Below, in pieces: positions 1-9,295 of a DNA stretch of 64,000 nt. The number at the start of each line of letters is the position of its first letter. The first letter of the stretch is position 1. The stretch covers positions 5,952,001 to 6,016,000 of the forward strand of contig JBKAGP010000001.1 in NCBI GenBank assembly GCA_046290465.1, in the 5' to 3' direction. Made by a program: the position numbers and the translations under genes. Origin of the DNA: Planctomycetota bacterium (GTDB lineage Bacteria; Planctomycetota; UBA1135; UBA2386). The notes under the pieces are model-generated. The model ran no database searches. It saw only the letters and a list, made by a program, of their open reading frames with translations, and was not told where the DNA came from.

Positions 1-194
1 AGCTGGCGGTCAAGAAGACCCCGAACGCCGAGACCCCGATCACGCAGGACGGCGTCACGCCGCTGCTGACCATGGACGTCTGGGAGCACGCCTACTACCT
101 CGACTTCCAGAACCGCCGTCCCGACTACATCAAGACGTTCCTCGCGAGCCTGGTGAACTGGGACTTCGCCAACGAGAACCTGGCGAAGGCGTAG
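1..194 (+). CDS. sodB: Fe/Mn superoxide dismutase, C-terminal part (5' end outside window)
   Basis: Frame starting at nt 3 reads ...TPNAETP...[52 protein letters not shown] is the Fe/Mn-SOD signature. Fe vs Mn type is not certain. Confidence 0.93.
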   Translation, partial: LAVKKTPNAETPITQDGVTPLLTMDVWEHAYYLDFQNRRPDYIKTFLASLVNWDFANENLAKA

Positions 195-205
195 GCCTTC
201 GCCAG
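180..205 (+). terminator. 11-bp perfect hairpin with the sod stop codon in its loop
   Basis: CTGGCGAAGGC-GTAG-GCCTTCGCCAG. No U-tract follows, so the terminator role is uncertain. Confidence 0.4.
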
Positions 206-232
206 CCGCCGCTCCGCCGCTCTCCTCACCTC

Positions 233-610
233 GTGACGTCCAACCGTCGCCGCAAGCAGAAGGCCCAGTCGATGGGCCTCACCGAAGCCGAGCTGCAGCT
301 CACCGAGCTGCTCGGCCAGGTTCTGGAGCTGCTGCGTTGGAACCAGGTGCTCGGCTACAGCAACCAGTACCTGCTGCACGAGAAGCTCGGCCTGACGGCC
401 GAAGAACGGCACCGCGTGATGAAGGCCGCGGCCGGCGCGGTCGAGGCCGACGGCCGCATGCAGGACTGGGGCCAGCGGCTGCTGGAGATCCAGGAGTCGC
501 TGACCGCGATCCACGAACGCATGACCGGCGAGCGCCTCGAGAAGCCGTCCGCGCCGGGCCAGGAGCGGGGCGACGACGACGCCGGCGCCGCCGAGGCGGC
601 GCATGGCTGA
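233..610 (+). CDS. hypothetical helical protein, first gene of the glycosyltransferase operon
   Basis: Typical codon bias and protein-like composition; 8-nt overlap with the next start. True start may be the ATG at 272. Confidence 0.7.
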   Translation: MTSNRRRKQKAQSMGLTEAELQLTELLGQVLELLRWNQVLGYSNQYLLHEKLGLTAEERHRVMKAAAGAVEADGRMQDWGQRLLEIQESLTAIHERMTGERLEKPSAPGQERGDDDAGAAEAAHG

Positions 611-1436
611 GCAGCCGCGCACGCCGATCAGCGGCTGCGTGATCTGCTACCAGGAGGCCGACCGCATCGCCGACTGCCTGCGCTCGCTGTCGTTCTGCGA
701 CGAGGTCGTGGTGGTCGACAGCGGCAGCACCGACGGCACCCAGGCGATCGTCGAGCAGCTCGGGGCACGGCTGATCACCAACACGCCGTTCCCCGGCCAC
801 AAGCAGCAGAAGCAGTTCGCCGTCGAGCAGGCGCGCCACGACGTCGTGTTCTGCCTCGACGCCGACGAACGGTGTACGCCCGAGCTCGCTGCGCGCATCG
901 CCGAACTGCAGTGCGACGGCCGGCAGGGCCCCGGCCAGCAGGACGACGGCCAGCAGGGCGACGGTCTGCCATGCGACGGCTACGAGACGCCGCGCCACAA
1001 CCACTACCTCGGTCGCATCCTGCGCCACGGCCTGCACGTGCCCGACCGCAAGCTGCGGCTGTTCGATCGGCGCCAGGGGCGGTGGGGCGGCCGCAATCCG
1101 CACGACCACGTCGAGATGCAGGCCGGCGCGCGCATCGCGCGCCTGGCCGAAGGCATCGAGCACCTCAGCTACCGCGACTTCGCGCACCACCAGCGCACGA
1201 TCGACTCGTTCACGCGGATCTCGGCCGAGGCGATGGCCGCCGAGGGCCGGCGCGGCACGCCGATCGACCTGCTGGTCCGGCCGCCAGCGGTGTTCGTCAA
1301 GAGCCTGCTGCTCAAGCTCGGCTTCCTCGACGGCTGGCGCGGCTTCGTGGTCGCGGCGATGGCCGCCTACACCGACTGGAAGAAGTATTGGCGTCTGCTC
1401 CGGCAGCCGCGGCGCGCGCCCGAGGAGGCGAAGTGA
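603..1436 (+). CDS. GT2 glycosyltransferase (WaaE/KdtX-like beta-1,4-glucosyltransferase type)
   Basis: VVVVDSGSTDGT, LDADE (DxD), KLRLF and C-terminal LGFLDGWRGF motifs. Confidence 0.9.
   Translation: MAEQPRTPISGCVICYQEADRIADCLRSLSFCDEVVVVDSGSTDGTQAIVEQLGARLITNTPFPGHKQQKQFAVEQARHDVVFCLDADERCTPELAARIAELQCDGRQGPGQQDDGQQGDGLPCDGYETPRHNHYLGRILRHGLHVPDRKLRLFDRRQGRWGGRNPHDHVEMQAGARIARLAEGIEHLSYRDFAHHQRTIDSFTRISAEAMAAEGRRGTPIDLLVRPPAVFVKSLLLKLGFLDGWRGFVVAAMAAYTDWKKYWRLLRQPRRAPEEAK
912..980 (+). repeat. in-frame 60-bp insert of 15-bp degenerate units, flanked by a 9-bp direct repeat
   Basis: TGCGACGGC at 912-920 and 972-980; units gacggccggcagggc / cccggccagcaggac / gacggccagcagggc. Confidence 0.7.
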
Positions 1437-2590
1437 ACGCGCCGCGCGTGCTGCACCTGTTCGCCAACTACAAGTGGACCGGCCCGGCCGATCCGGCGAT
1501 CCGTTCGGCGGCGCGGCTGCGCGCGCTCGGCGTCGACGTGCGGTTCGCGCAGGGCAGCTTCGTGCACCCGGGCGGCGAGCATCGCGTCGCCGAGGAGCTG
1601 TGGCGCTGGCGGCTGCCGGTCGTCACCGGCATGGAGCTGCGAAAGCACTTCCACGTTCCGTCGCTGCTGCGGGACATCCGCGCGCTGCGCCGTCTGGTCC
1701 GGCGCGACGGCTACGACGTGCTGCACTGCCACCAGACCGCCGACCACCTGATCGCGGCGATGGCGTGCCGTCGGCTGGCGCGCAAGCCGGTGATCGTGCG
1801 CAGCCTCTACGATCCCGAGGCGCCCAGGCGCGGCTGGCGCGAACGCGCCGCGTTCAAGCGCACGCAGGCGGTGTTCGCGCCGACGATGCAGGCACAGGAA
1901 GGCGTGCGGCGTCGGTTCGCGATCCGCGGCGAACGGGTGTTGCTGCAAGAGCCGGTGACCGAGCCGCGCCGGCTCGACGGCGCCGACGCGCGCTCGCGCT
2001 TCGGGCTGGCCGATGAGCACCTGGCGGTCGGCATCACCGCGCGCATCCAGCCACACCGCCGCTTCGAGCTGCTGTGGCAGGTCGTCGCGCGCGTCGCCGC
2101 CGAACGTCCGAACGTGCGCTTCGTGCTGCTCGGGCGCGGCAATGAGCACGACACGCGCGAACTGGTCACCGAGCCGGTCGCGCGCGCGGGCATCGGCCAG
2201 CACGTGATCCTGCCCGGCTACCAGAAGGGGCCGGCCTACGACGAGGCGCTGCGCGCGCTCGATGCGTTCTTGTTCCTGGTGCCGGGCAGCGACGGCACCT
2301 GCCGGGCGGTCTGCGACGCGATGGCGTTCGGGCTGCCGGTGGTGTCGACGCGGCGCGGCATCCTGCCGGAGCTGCTGGCCGAACGGCGGCGCGGCGAGGT
2401 GCCGGGCTTCGCGGTCGACGAGACGCCCGACGCGCTCGGCGGCGCGCTGCTGCAGTTGCTCGGCGACGACGACCTGCGCGCGCGGACCGGCGACGCTGCG
2501 CTCCGGCGCACCCGGCTGGACATGGACCCGCACGCGGCGGCGCGTCGCATGCGCGACCTGTACGACGCTCTGCTGCGGGAGCGCCGATGA
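1433..2590 (+). CDS. GT4 (GT-B) glycosyltransferase
   Basis: GTG start overlaps the previous stop (GTGA). RVLHL N-terminus, DVLHCH, and a DAMAFGLPVVST nucleotide-sugar-binding region. Confidence 0.85.
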   Translation: MNAPRVLHLFANYKWTGPADPAIRSAARLRALGVDVRFAQGSFVHPGGEHRVAEELWRWRLPVVTGMELRKHFHVPSLLRDIRALRRLVRRDGYDVLHCHQTADHLIAAMACRRLARKPVIVRSLYDPEAPRRGWRERAAFKRTQAVFAPTMQAQEGVRRRFAIRGERVLLQEPVTEPRRLDGADARSRFGLADEHLAVGITARIQPHRRFELLWQVVARVAAERPNVRFVLLGRGNEHDTRELVTEPVARAGIGQHVILPGYQKGPAYDEALRALDAFLFLVPGSDGTCRAVCDAMAFGLPVVSTRRGILPELLAERRRGEVPGFAVDETPDALGGALLQLLGDDDLRARTGDAALRRTRLDMDPHAAARRMRDLYDALLRERR

Positions 2591-3639
2591 GCGCGGCGCT
2601 GGAGCCGCGGGATCGCCAGGTGGTCGACCGGTGGTTCGAGGCGTTCGTGCGCGACGGCCGCGTGCCCGACGAACTGACCCACGTGCAGGGCCGCCTGATC
2701 CGCGCGGTGCACCGCGCCGCGCTGCCCTCGGGCGAGGTGTTCGTCAAGACGATGACGTTCCCGCGCGCCAAGGACCGGCTCCGCTACGCGTTCCGCGCGC
2801 TGCCGGCCGCGCACGAGGCTTGGATGCTGCGGGCGACGGCGATGGCCGGCATCCCGTGCCCCGAGGTCGTCGCCGTGCGCACGCGGCGGCGCCTCGGGTT
2901 GCCGCATCGCTCGATGCTGGTGGTGCGGGCGCTCGACGTGGCCGGCGATCCCGAGCCGGCCGAGCGGCGCGCGCCGGACGAGGTCCGGCTGGCGATGCGC
3001 CTGCTGCAGGCCGGCATCCGGCACCGCGACCTGCACGGCGAGAACTTCGTGCGGCTGCGCTCGGGCGCGCTCGCCGTGCTCGACCTGCAGTCGGTTTCGA
3101 TTTCCGGAGCCGAACGGCAACCCGTTGCCGAGGTCCGGCTTGCGACTGCGTCGCGACTCCTGCGGGATCGGCATGGTGCGGCGCACGCCGCCGCGCTGGC
3201 GGCCATGCGCGACTGTGGAATGTTGTGCTCGGACGCCGAGCTCACGTCGGTGGCAGCCCGTATCGAAGCGGAGCGCGCCCGCTATGAACGTTCGCGTATC
3301 CGGCGCTGTATGCAGACCAGCACCCAGTTCGAGCGCAGCGTGCATTGGAGCGGCGTGCGCCACCGGCTGCGCGACGCCGCGCCCGACGGCCGCTGGATCC
3401 GCGGTGGCGCGGAGTTGCGCGACGCGTGGATCGGCCAGCGCGTGCGCCAGCTGCGCGAGGGCGCGCCGTTACCGTTTGGGGCATTCTTCCAAAAGTGGTG
3501 GTGGCTCGGCGGTGGTGCCGCCCTGTATGTTCCGCGGGCGTGCAGCGACGAACGGATCGAAGCCGAGGTGAGGACAGCATCTGCGGCGACCCGTGGTCCT
3601 TCGCCCGAACGTCCTGCGCAATCCGGACGGTCAGAATAG
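2587..3639 (+). CDS. lipopolysaccharide kinase (Kdo/WaaP/InaA family)
   Basis: VFVK, HEAW, GIPCPEVVA, HRDLHGENF, VLDLQS kinase-like motifs; ATGA coupling in a GT operon. Confidence 0.75.
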   Translation: MSAALEPRDRQVVDRWFEAFVRDGRVPDELTHVQGRLIRAVHRAALPSGEVFVKTMTFPRAKDRLRYAFRALPAAHEAWMLRATAMAGIPCPEVVAVRTRRRLGLPHRSMLVVRALDVAGDPEPAERRAPDEVRLAMRLLQAGIRHRDLHGENFVRLRSGALAVLDLQSVSISGAERQPVAEVRLATASRLLRDRHGAAHAAALAAMRDCGMLCSDAELTSVAARIEAERARYERSRIRRCMQTSTQFERSVHWSGVRHRLRDAAPDGRWIRGGAELRDAWIGQRVRQLREGAPLPFGAFFQKWWWLGGGAALYVPRACSDERIEAEVRTASAATRGPSPERPAQSGRSE

Positions 3640-3676
3640 GCGCTCGGCTCTCACACGGTCGAACAAGGGAGGAGTG

Positions 3677-4852
3677 GTGACGAACGACGAACACGCTTCG
3701 CGGTCCGGGAGAGGGGCTGAGGACGCGGACGCCGCCGACGCGCAGAAAGACGAGCCGATCGTCAAGCTGCCGGCAGTAGCTCCGATCGGAATGTCCGACT
3801 CCCTCGATGGCAGGTCCCGCCTGGGGCCGGCGCGCCGCGTGCTCTTCATCGGCAAGAGCATGTCGCGCACCCGCTGCACCGGTGCGCTGGTCGACTCGCT
3901 CCGTCGCCATGGCGTCGAGGTGCGCTGGCGCAACCTCGTGACCTGGCGCCGCTGGTTCGGCACGCAGATCGCCAACCGGCTCGCCCGAGCCGAGTTCCGC
4001 ACCTACAAGCCCGACGTCGTGTTCGTGTTCTTCCGCGACCTGCCGCTGGCGCTGACGTCGGAGTTCCGGCGCACGGCGCGCATCGTGGTCTGGTGCGAGG
4101 AGGCGCTCGAGGTGATGGACTCGTCCGTCATCGACTACTTCCGCCAGGCCGACCTGGTCTGCATGAGCAACCCGGCCCGGTTCCCGTGGCTGCGTGAGCA
4201 CGGCCTTGAGAACATGACGTTCTTGATGAGCGGCTTCTCGCCGCGCTACCACCGGCCGCTGCCGTCGCAGCAGCACACGCGCGACGTCGCGTTCATCGGT
4301 GGTCCGGGCCGGCGCGGCCAGCGCGCCTCGTTCCTCGCGAGGATCGCCAAGGAGTTCGACACCGACGTCTACGGCCGTCACTGGGATCGATGGAGCGGCG
4401 CGCACAAGCACCTGCGCGTGAACAGCCAGATCAACAACAAGACCTACGCCAAGATCTGCGCGACGTCGCGCATCGTGCTCGGCGTCAACGAGGTCAACGA
4501 CGACGCCTACTACTGCAGCAACCGCACGTTCCTGACGATGGCGTGCGGCGCGTTCCACCTGACGCACTACGTGCCGCAGCTCGAGAACGTGTTCGCCGAC
4601 GGCGAGCACCTGGTGTGGTATCGCGACGAGGACGAGGCGCTCGAGATGATCGCCGAGTGGCTGCCCAAGGCCGACGAACGCGCGCGCGTCGCCGCCGGCG
4701 GCCATGCCGAGGTGATGCTGCACCACCAGTACTACCATCGCGTCGCGCGCATCCTGCATTGGCTCGAGCACGGCCTGCCGCGCGAGGACCAGCAGCTGCT
4801 GCCGACCGAGGCGCTGTCGACACCGATGTCCGCCGAGCGCGCCGACGCGTGA
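3677..4852 (+). CDS. CgeB-family glycosyltransferase (Glyco_trans_1_2)
   Basis: DVAFIG, VYGRHW, SNRTF..MACGAF, ERARVAAGG motifs. GGAGG precedes GTG 3677; start uncertain. Confidence 0.85.
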   Translation: MTNDEHASRSGRGAEDADAADAQKDEPIVKLPAVAPIGMSDSLDGRSRLGPARRVLFIGKSMSRTRCTGALVDSLRRHGVEVRWRNLVTWRRWFGTQIANRLARAEFRTYKPDVVFVFFRDLPLALTSEFRRTARIVVWCEEALEVMDSSVIDYFRQADLVCMSNPARFPWLREHGLENMTFLMSGFSPRYHRPLPSQQHTRDVAFIGGPGRRGQRASFLARIAKEFDTDVYGRHWDRWSGAHKHLRVNSQINNKTYAKICATSRIVLGVNEVNDDAYYCSNRTFLTMACGAFHLTHYVPQLENVFADGEHLVWYRDEDEALEMIAEWLPKADERARVAAGGHAEVMLHHQYYHRVARILHWLEHGLPREDQQLLPTEALSTPMSAERADA

Positions 4853-5523
4853 GGCCGACCGGCCAGGCAGGCCGGCCATCGGCCGGTTGGCCTTCGATCC
4901 GTCGACGCTCCATCGGTCAGGGTTGGGCCGGTCGGTGCTGGGCCGGTCCGTGTTGGGCCGGTCGGTGTCGGGCCGGCAGGTGTGCAACCAGTCGGCGCGC
5001 GGCCAGTCCGCCCGCCGCAGGCCTGCCGCTCGCCGCAGCACTGCTGCTCGCCGCCTGCGCCGCAGCGCCGGAGCCGCCGGTTTCCGGCGCGCCCGAGCCG
5101 GCGACGTTCGAGGACTTCGTCGGCGACTGGCGCGGTTCGATGCAGATCGCCGGTGGTCGCACCGTGGCGATGTCGCTCGAGGTCGCCCCGGTCAGCGGCG
5201 ACCCGCAGCGGTTCCACTGGCGCCTGCAGTACGAAGGCCAGCCGGTGCGCGACTACACGCTGGTGGTCCGCGATCGCGCGCGCGGCGAGGCGGCCGTCGA
5301 CGAGCACAACGGCATCGTGCTGCCGACGCTGCTGCGCGGCCGCGAGCTGGTCTCGGTGTTCGAGGTGCAGGGCAGCGTGATCGACGTGCGCTACCGGCTC
5401 GAACCGGCCGGGCTCGTGTTCGCGCTCGAGTCCTACCGGCCGGCCGCGGCCGAACCCGCGGGCGAGGGCGTGCGCGCGTGGCCGCAGCTGGCGGTCCAGC
5501 GCGGCCTGCTGACCCGCAGGTAG
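4849..5523 (+). CDS. hypothetical lipoprotein (beta-rich)
   Basis: LLLAAC lipobox followed by GDWRGSM...RDYTLV...VDEHNGIVL. The N-terminus is inflated by tandem repeats, so the start is uncertain. Confidence 0.65.
   Translation: MRPTGQAGRPSAGWPSIRRRSIGQGWAGRCWAGPCWAGRCRAGRCATSRRAASPPAAGLPLAAALLLAACAAAPEPPVSGAPEPATFEDFVGDWRGSMQIAGGRTVAMSLEVAPVSGDPQRFHWRLQYEGQPVRDYTLVVRDRARGEAAVDEHNGIVLPTLLRGRELVSVFEVQGSVIDVRYRLEPAGLVFALESYRPAAAEPAGEGVRAWPQLAVQRGLLTRR
4925..4984 (+). repeat. 4 x 15-bp tandem repeat
   Basis: gggccggtcggtgct / gggccggtccgtgtt / gggccggtcggtgtc / gggccggcaggtgtg. Confidence 0.85.
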
Positions 5524-5592
5524 GTCCGGAATGCGTCCCGGCGGGCCTTCGGGCCTCGCCAGCCCGGCGGCACGTTCGTAGCATGTGCCGCC

Positions 5593-6456
5593 ATGAAGAC
5601 CCTGACGACCCTCGTCTGCGTGCCGCTGCTGGCGGCGTTCGCCTCGCTGCCCGCCCAGACCACCAAGAAGGCCGCCTCCGAGAAGGCCACCGCCAAGAAG
5701 GCGAAGCAGGAGAAGATCGTCGACAGCAAGATCACCAAGAACGATCCGGCTGTCCGCGAGATCGACAAGTTCATCAAGAAGCAGTCGGTCAGCAAGAAGA
5801 AGCGCGGCTGGCGCCAGACGCTGTCGGCGCCGCCCAAGCAGGAGTTCCAGGCCAACATGGACTACCTGTGGCACGTCGAGACGTCGGAGGGCCCGCTGAC
5901 GATCCGCTACCTGACGGACTCGGCGCCGATGCACTGCACCAGCGGCATCTACCTGGCGCGGCTCGGCTACTTCGACGGCCTCAACTTCCACCGCATCATC
6001 CCGGGCTTCATGGCCCAGGGCGGCTGCCCGACCGGCACCGGCACCGGCGGCCCCGGCTACCTGTTCGACGGCGAGTTCCCGAAGAACATGCGCAAGCACG
6101 ACAAGCCCGGCCTGCTCAGCATGGCCAACCGCGGCCGCGGCACCGACGGCTCGCAGTTCTTCCTGACGTTCGTGCCGACGCCGCACCTCGACGGCCGCCA
6201 CACCGTCTGGGGTGAGGTCGTCAAGGGCATGGACACCGTCAAGAAGCTCGAGAAGAAGGGCACGCGCCAGCGCAACGGCATGCTCGGCGCGGCCGGCCCG
6301 AAGATCGTGCGCACCTGGATGGAGGTCGTGCCGAAGAAGGCCGAGAAGAAGGACGGCGAGCACGGCAAGGACGGCCACGACGGCAAGGAGAAGGGCGAGC
6401 ACGGCGGCCATGGTGAGCATGGCGGCAACGGCGAGCACGGCGGCGGCGGCCGCTGA
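5593..6456 (+). CDS. secreted cyclophilin-type peptidyl-prolyl isomerase with His/Gly-rich tail
   Basis: [38 protein letters not shown]-terminal signal peptide. Confidence 0.95.
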   Translation: MKTLTTLVCVPLLAAFASLPAQTTKKAASEKATAKKAKQEKIVDSKITKNDPAVREIDKFIKKQSVSKKKRGWRQTLSAPPKQEFQANMDYLWHVETSEGPLTIRYLTDSAPMHCTSGIYLARLGYFDGLNFHRIIPGFMAQGGCPTGTGTGGPGYLFDGEFPKNMRKHDKPGLLSMANRGRGTDGSQFFLTFVPTPHLDGRHTVWGEVVKGMDTVKKLEKKGTRQRNGMLGAAGPKIVRTWMEVVPKKAEKKDGEHGKDGHDGKEKGEHGGHGEHGGNGEHGGGGR

Positions 6457-6483
6457 GCTGCGGCCGACCGGCACCCGACCTGA

Positions 6484-6533
6484 AACCAGACGATCCCGTG
6501 ACCGGCAGCCGCCGATCACGGGATCGTCTGGTT
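6484..6533. terminator. long hairpin between convergent genes (probable bidirectional terminator)
   Basis: AACCAGACGATCCCGTGA (6484-6501) pairs perfectly with TCACGGGATCGTCTGGTT (6516-6533), plus an inner CGGC/GCCG. A second hairpin GACGGGC..GCCCGTC lies at 6541-6570. Confidence 0.75.
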
Positions 6534-6571
6534 GATGGGGGACGGGCCGCGCCGCGCGCGCGAGCCCGTCC

Positions 6572-6624
6572 GCCTGCTCGTCGGCGCCTGCTCGACGGGC
6601 CTACTCGTCGGGCCTACTCGTCGG
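6572..6624. repeat. 4 x ~13-bp tandem repeat of the stop-codon region of the cytochrome-HEAT gene
   Basis: gcctgctcgtcggc / gcctgctcgacgg / gcctactcgtcgg / gcctactcgtcgg; the last copy contains the stop. Confidence 0.8.
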
Positions 6625-9220
6625 CCCAGCGCTGGGTGGCGCGCAGGCGCTCTTCGTTGCTGGCGTCCGGGTCGTAGCCGCGGCGTTCGCCGAACTTCGC
6701 CTCGAGCGCGTCGATCGCGGTGCGGCGGGCGCCGGCGTCGCCGCTCGCCAGCAGCGAGACCAGGTCGATGCGGGCCGCTTCGTCGCCGAGCATCAGCCGC
6801 GTGCGCGCCGACGCGGCGAGCATCGGATCGGGGCTCGGGATCGACTCGGGCAGCCCGCCGGCCTTGGCCGCCTGGCGCACGCGCGCCTCGAAGCGGCGCA
6901 GCGCCGGCAGGCAGTGTTCATCGCCGACCTGCTCGAGGGTCGCGGCCGCCCAGTGGGCGACCCCGAACACCGGGTCCCGCAGCACCGGCTGCACGAACGG
7001 CGCGCAGCGCGCGTCGCCGAGGCGCTGCATCGCCGCCAGGATCGACGCGCGCTTGGCAGCGAAGCCCGGCGGGAACTTGAGGCCGCGGATCAGCGCCGGC
7101 AGCGCGTCGGTGCCGTTGGCGAGGATTCGGTCGATGGTGTCCTGGTCGTTCTCGGCGGCCGGAATCAGGCCGGTGCCACCACCGAGGCGCTTGACCATGT
7201 GGAACGCCTCGCGGTCGACGTCCGGCTCCGGGTGCGGCCACGACTTCGGCGTGAAGTCGGCGCCGTTCTTGCTCCACCAGCCCTGCAGGCGGCCGAGCGC
7301 GGCGAGGCGGTCGGGGCGCGGGCCCATCGGCTCGTAGCCGCGGTGCTCGTGGGTGATCTTGTAGAAGCCCTCGAACGCCTTCTCGCGGATCAGGTCGTCG
7401 TCGTAGTCGAGCAGCGGCAGCAGGTCCGCGATGCCGGCGGCCGAGCCGAGGCGTCCGAGCACGACCGCGAGGTCGATCTTCATCTCGACGAACGTGTGGC
7501 GACGCCGCGCCGCGTCGATGGCCTCGATGCTGTCGGTGTCCCCGAGCTCGGCCAGCGTGATCGCCGCGGCGCGCACGACGTCCGGGTCGAACTCGCTCAG
7601 GTGCGAACGGATCCGCGACACCTCGTCGCGCGCCAGCAGGCGGCCGAGCAGGCGGATCGCGGTGACGCGGTCCATCGCGTTGTGGGCGTCGAGGTCGCGC
7701 TTGACCTCGTCGATCAGCGCCTGCTTGTCCGTGGGCAGCGGCAGCTCACCGAGCAGTTCGCGGCAGTGGCAGCGCACGTAGAGGTTCTCGTGCGTGATCG
7801 CCGCGCGCACCAGATCGGTCGCGGGGCGGCCGATGCGCAGCAGCGTCGTCATCGACTTGTCGTAGGTCTTGTTGTCCCACGAACCGAGCGCCTCGATCAG
7901 CGCCGGCACAGCCGGTCGGCCGATCTCGACCAGGCGGTCCATCGCCTTGCGGTTGGCCTCCGGCATCTGGAAGTTGTAGAGCGCGACCAGCTCGTCGATG
8001 TCCTTCTGGGTGTTGCCCTGCGGGATCTCGAACGTCACCGTGCCGCGCTGGAACTGCGACAGTTCGGGCAGGTCGCTCGGGCTCGCCTGCTCGGGCGTGA
8101 TGCCCTCGGGCGTCTGCACGTCGACGTAGGGGTCGGTCTCGACCGGCGCCTCGTTCGGCTCGAGGTCGGTGAACACCAGCGTGCGCCGCTCGAGGCGGTT
8201 GGCCAGCTCGGGGTGGTTGTCCTCGATCGGGAAGTAGAACTTGTAGTGCAGCTCGCAGATGACGGTGCCGTCTGCGACGCCGATCGGGACGCGGTGCTCA
8301 CGCTCCTCGCCGCTCGGGATCTGCGTGTTGGTCTGCAGCGTCATGCCGTAGGGCCGCTTGTAGGGGTCGCGGAAGACCTTGCGCGACCGCGCGATCTCCT
8401 TGCCGTCCGCGTCCTGCACGATCACCAGCGACTCGACCGAGCGCTGGCGCAGCTCGGTGGGGAAGTTGTGGCCGGCACCGCTGTTGGCGATGATCACGAC
8501 CGCCTCGTTGCCGTCGATCTCAGCCTCGTACTCGTAGGCCTTCTTGACGTGCGCGATGTCGCGCGCGCCCGGGAACGCGTGGCTGTAGACGCGGCGCACC
8601 GGGCCACCGACCGCGATCGGCCGCTCGACCCGTTCCATGTGGCAGCTGATGCAGGTGCGGCCGGCTAGCTTGCCCTCCGGCGACTTCTCCCACTGGTAGG
8701 GCGTGCCGTGGTTCTTGTGGCACGACGCGCAGGCCTCGACCGTGCCGACCTCCGGGTGGAACGCGGTCTTGCAGTCGGCGCCGCCGACGAAGCGCGAGTA
8801 GTCGGTATCCTGCTGCCAGTGGCAGGTCATGCAGGAGTTGCCGTCCTCGAGGCCGTAGTGGCGCCGCCGCGGGTTGTTGCCGACCCCGGTCTCGAAGATC
8901 GGGCGCGGCGTGTGGCAGCGAATGCAGTTGGCCGTGCGGAAGTTGCCGGTGGCCAGCCGCACCTCGTTGTCGCTGTACGCGCGGCCGTGCGTGTTCAGTT
9001 CGTGTTCGGCGTAGATCGCCGGGTGGCATTCTGCACAGAACGCGCTCTTCATGACGCGGTCGTAGTGCTCCTGGCTGCCGAGGCCGGTGTCAGCGGTCGG
9101 TGACAGGGCGTTACCTCCACGTAGCACTTCGGTGCCGTGTCCGCGGGTCTGCAGGCAGGAGGCCAGGGTGGTGAGCGCGATCGCGAGCACGATGCCCAGG
9201 GGGAGCAGGAGTCGTTTCAT
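6614..9220 (-). CDS. pentaheme cytochrome c lipoprotein fused to HEAT repeats
   Basis: MKRLLLPLGIV...LASC lipobox; five CxxCH (CAECH, CIRCH, CMTCH, CASCH, CISCH); GAGHNFPT; C-terminal HEAT-like repeats (PAVPALIEAL, DVVRAAAITLAELG). Confidence 0.85.
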   Translation of the reverse strand: MKRLLLPLGIVLAIALTTLASCLQTRGHGTEVLRGGNALSPTADTGLGSQEHYDRVMKSAFCAECHPAIYAEHELNTHGRAYSDNEVRLATGNFRTANCIRCHTPRPIFETGVGNNPRRRHYGLEDGNSCMTCHWQQDTDYSRFVGGADCKTAFHPEVGTVEACASCHKNHGTPYQWEKSPEGKLAGRTCISCHMERVERPIAVGGPVRRVYSHAFPGARDIAHVKKAYEYEAEIDGNEAVVIIANSGAGHNFPTELRQRSVESLVIVQDADGKEIARSRKVFRDPYKRPYGMTLQTNTQIPSGEEREHRVPIGVADGTVICELHYKFYFPIEDNHPELANRLERRTLVFTDLEPNEAPVETDPYVDVQTPEGITPEQASPSDLPELSQFQRGTVTFEIPQGNTQKDIDELVALYNFQMPEANRKAMDRLVEIGRPAVPALIEALGSWDNKTYDKSMTTLLRIGRPATDLVRAAITHENLYVRCHCRELLGELPLPTDKQALIDEVKRDLDAHNAMDRVTAIRLLGRLLARDEVSRIRSHLSEFDPDVVRAAAITLAELGDTDSIEAIDAARRRHTFVEMKIDLAVVLGRLGSAAGIADLLPLLDYDDDLIREKAFEGFYKITHEHRGYEPMGPRPDRLAALGRLQGWWSKNGADFTPKSWPHPEPDVDREAFHMVKRLGGGTGLIPAAENDQDTIDRILANGTDALPALIRGLKFPPGFAAKRASILAAMQRLGDARCAPFVQPVLRDPVFGVAHWAAATLEQVGDEHCLPALRRFEARVRQAAKAGGLPESIPSPDPMLAASARTRLMLGDEAARIDLVSLLASGDAGARRTAIDALEAKFGERRGYDPDASNEERLRATQRWADE

Positions 9221-9295
9221 GGGTGGTCGTCGAGGGGACGTTGATTCGGGAGCAAGTCCCGGGCCAACGAGCCGGATCCAGGCAGTACAGGTCAG

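Noticed and set aside
4925..4984. Short repeats as a possible CRISPR array (also 12697-12756, 6572-6624)
   Set aside because: Units are contiguous 13-15-mers with no unique spacers, and there are no cas genes.
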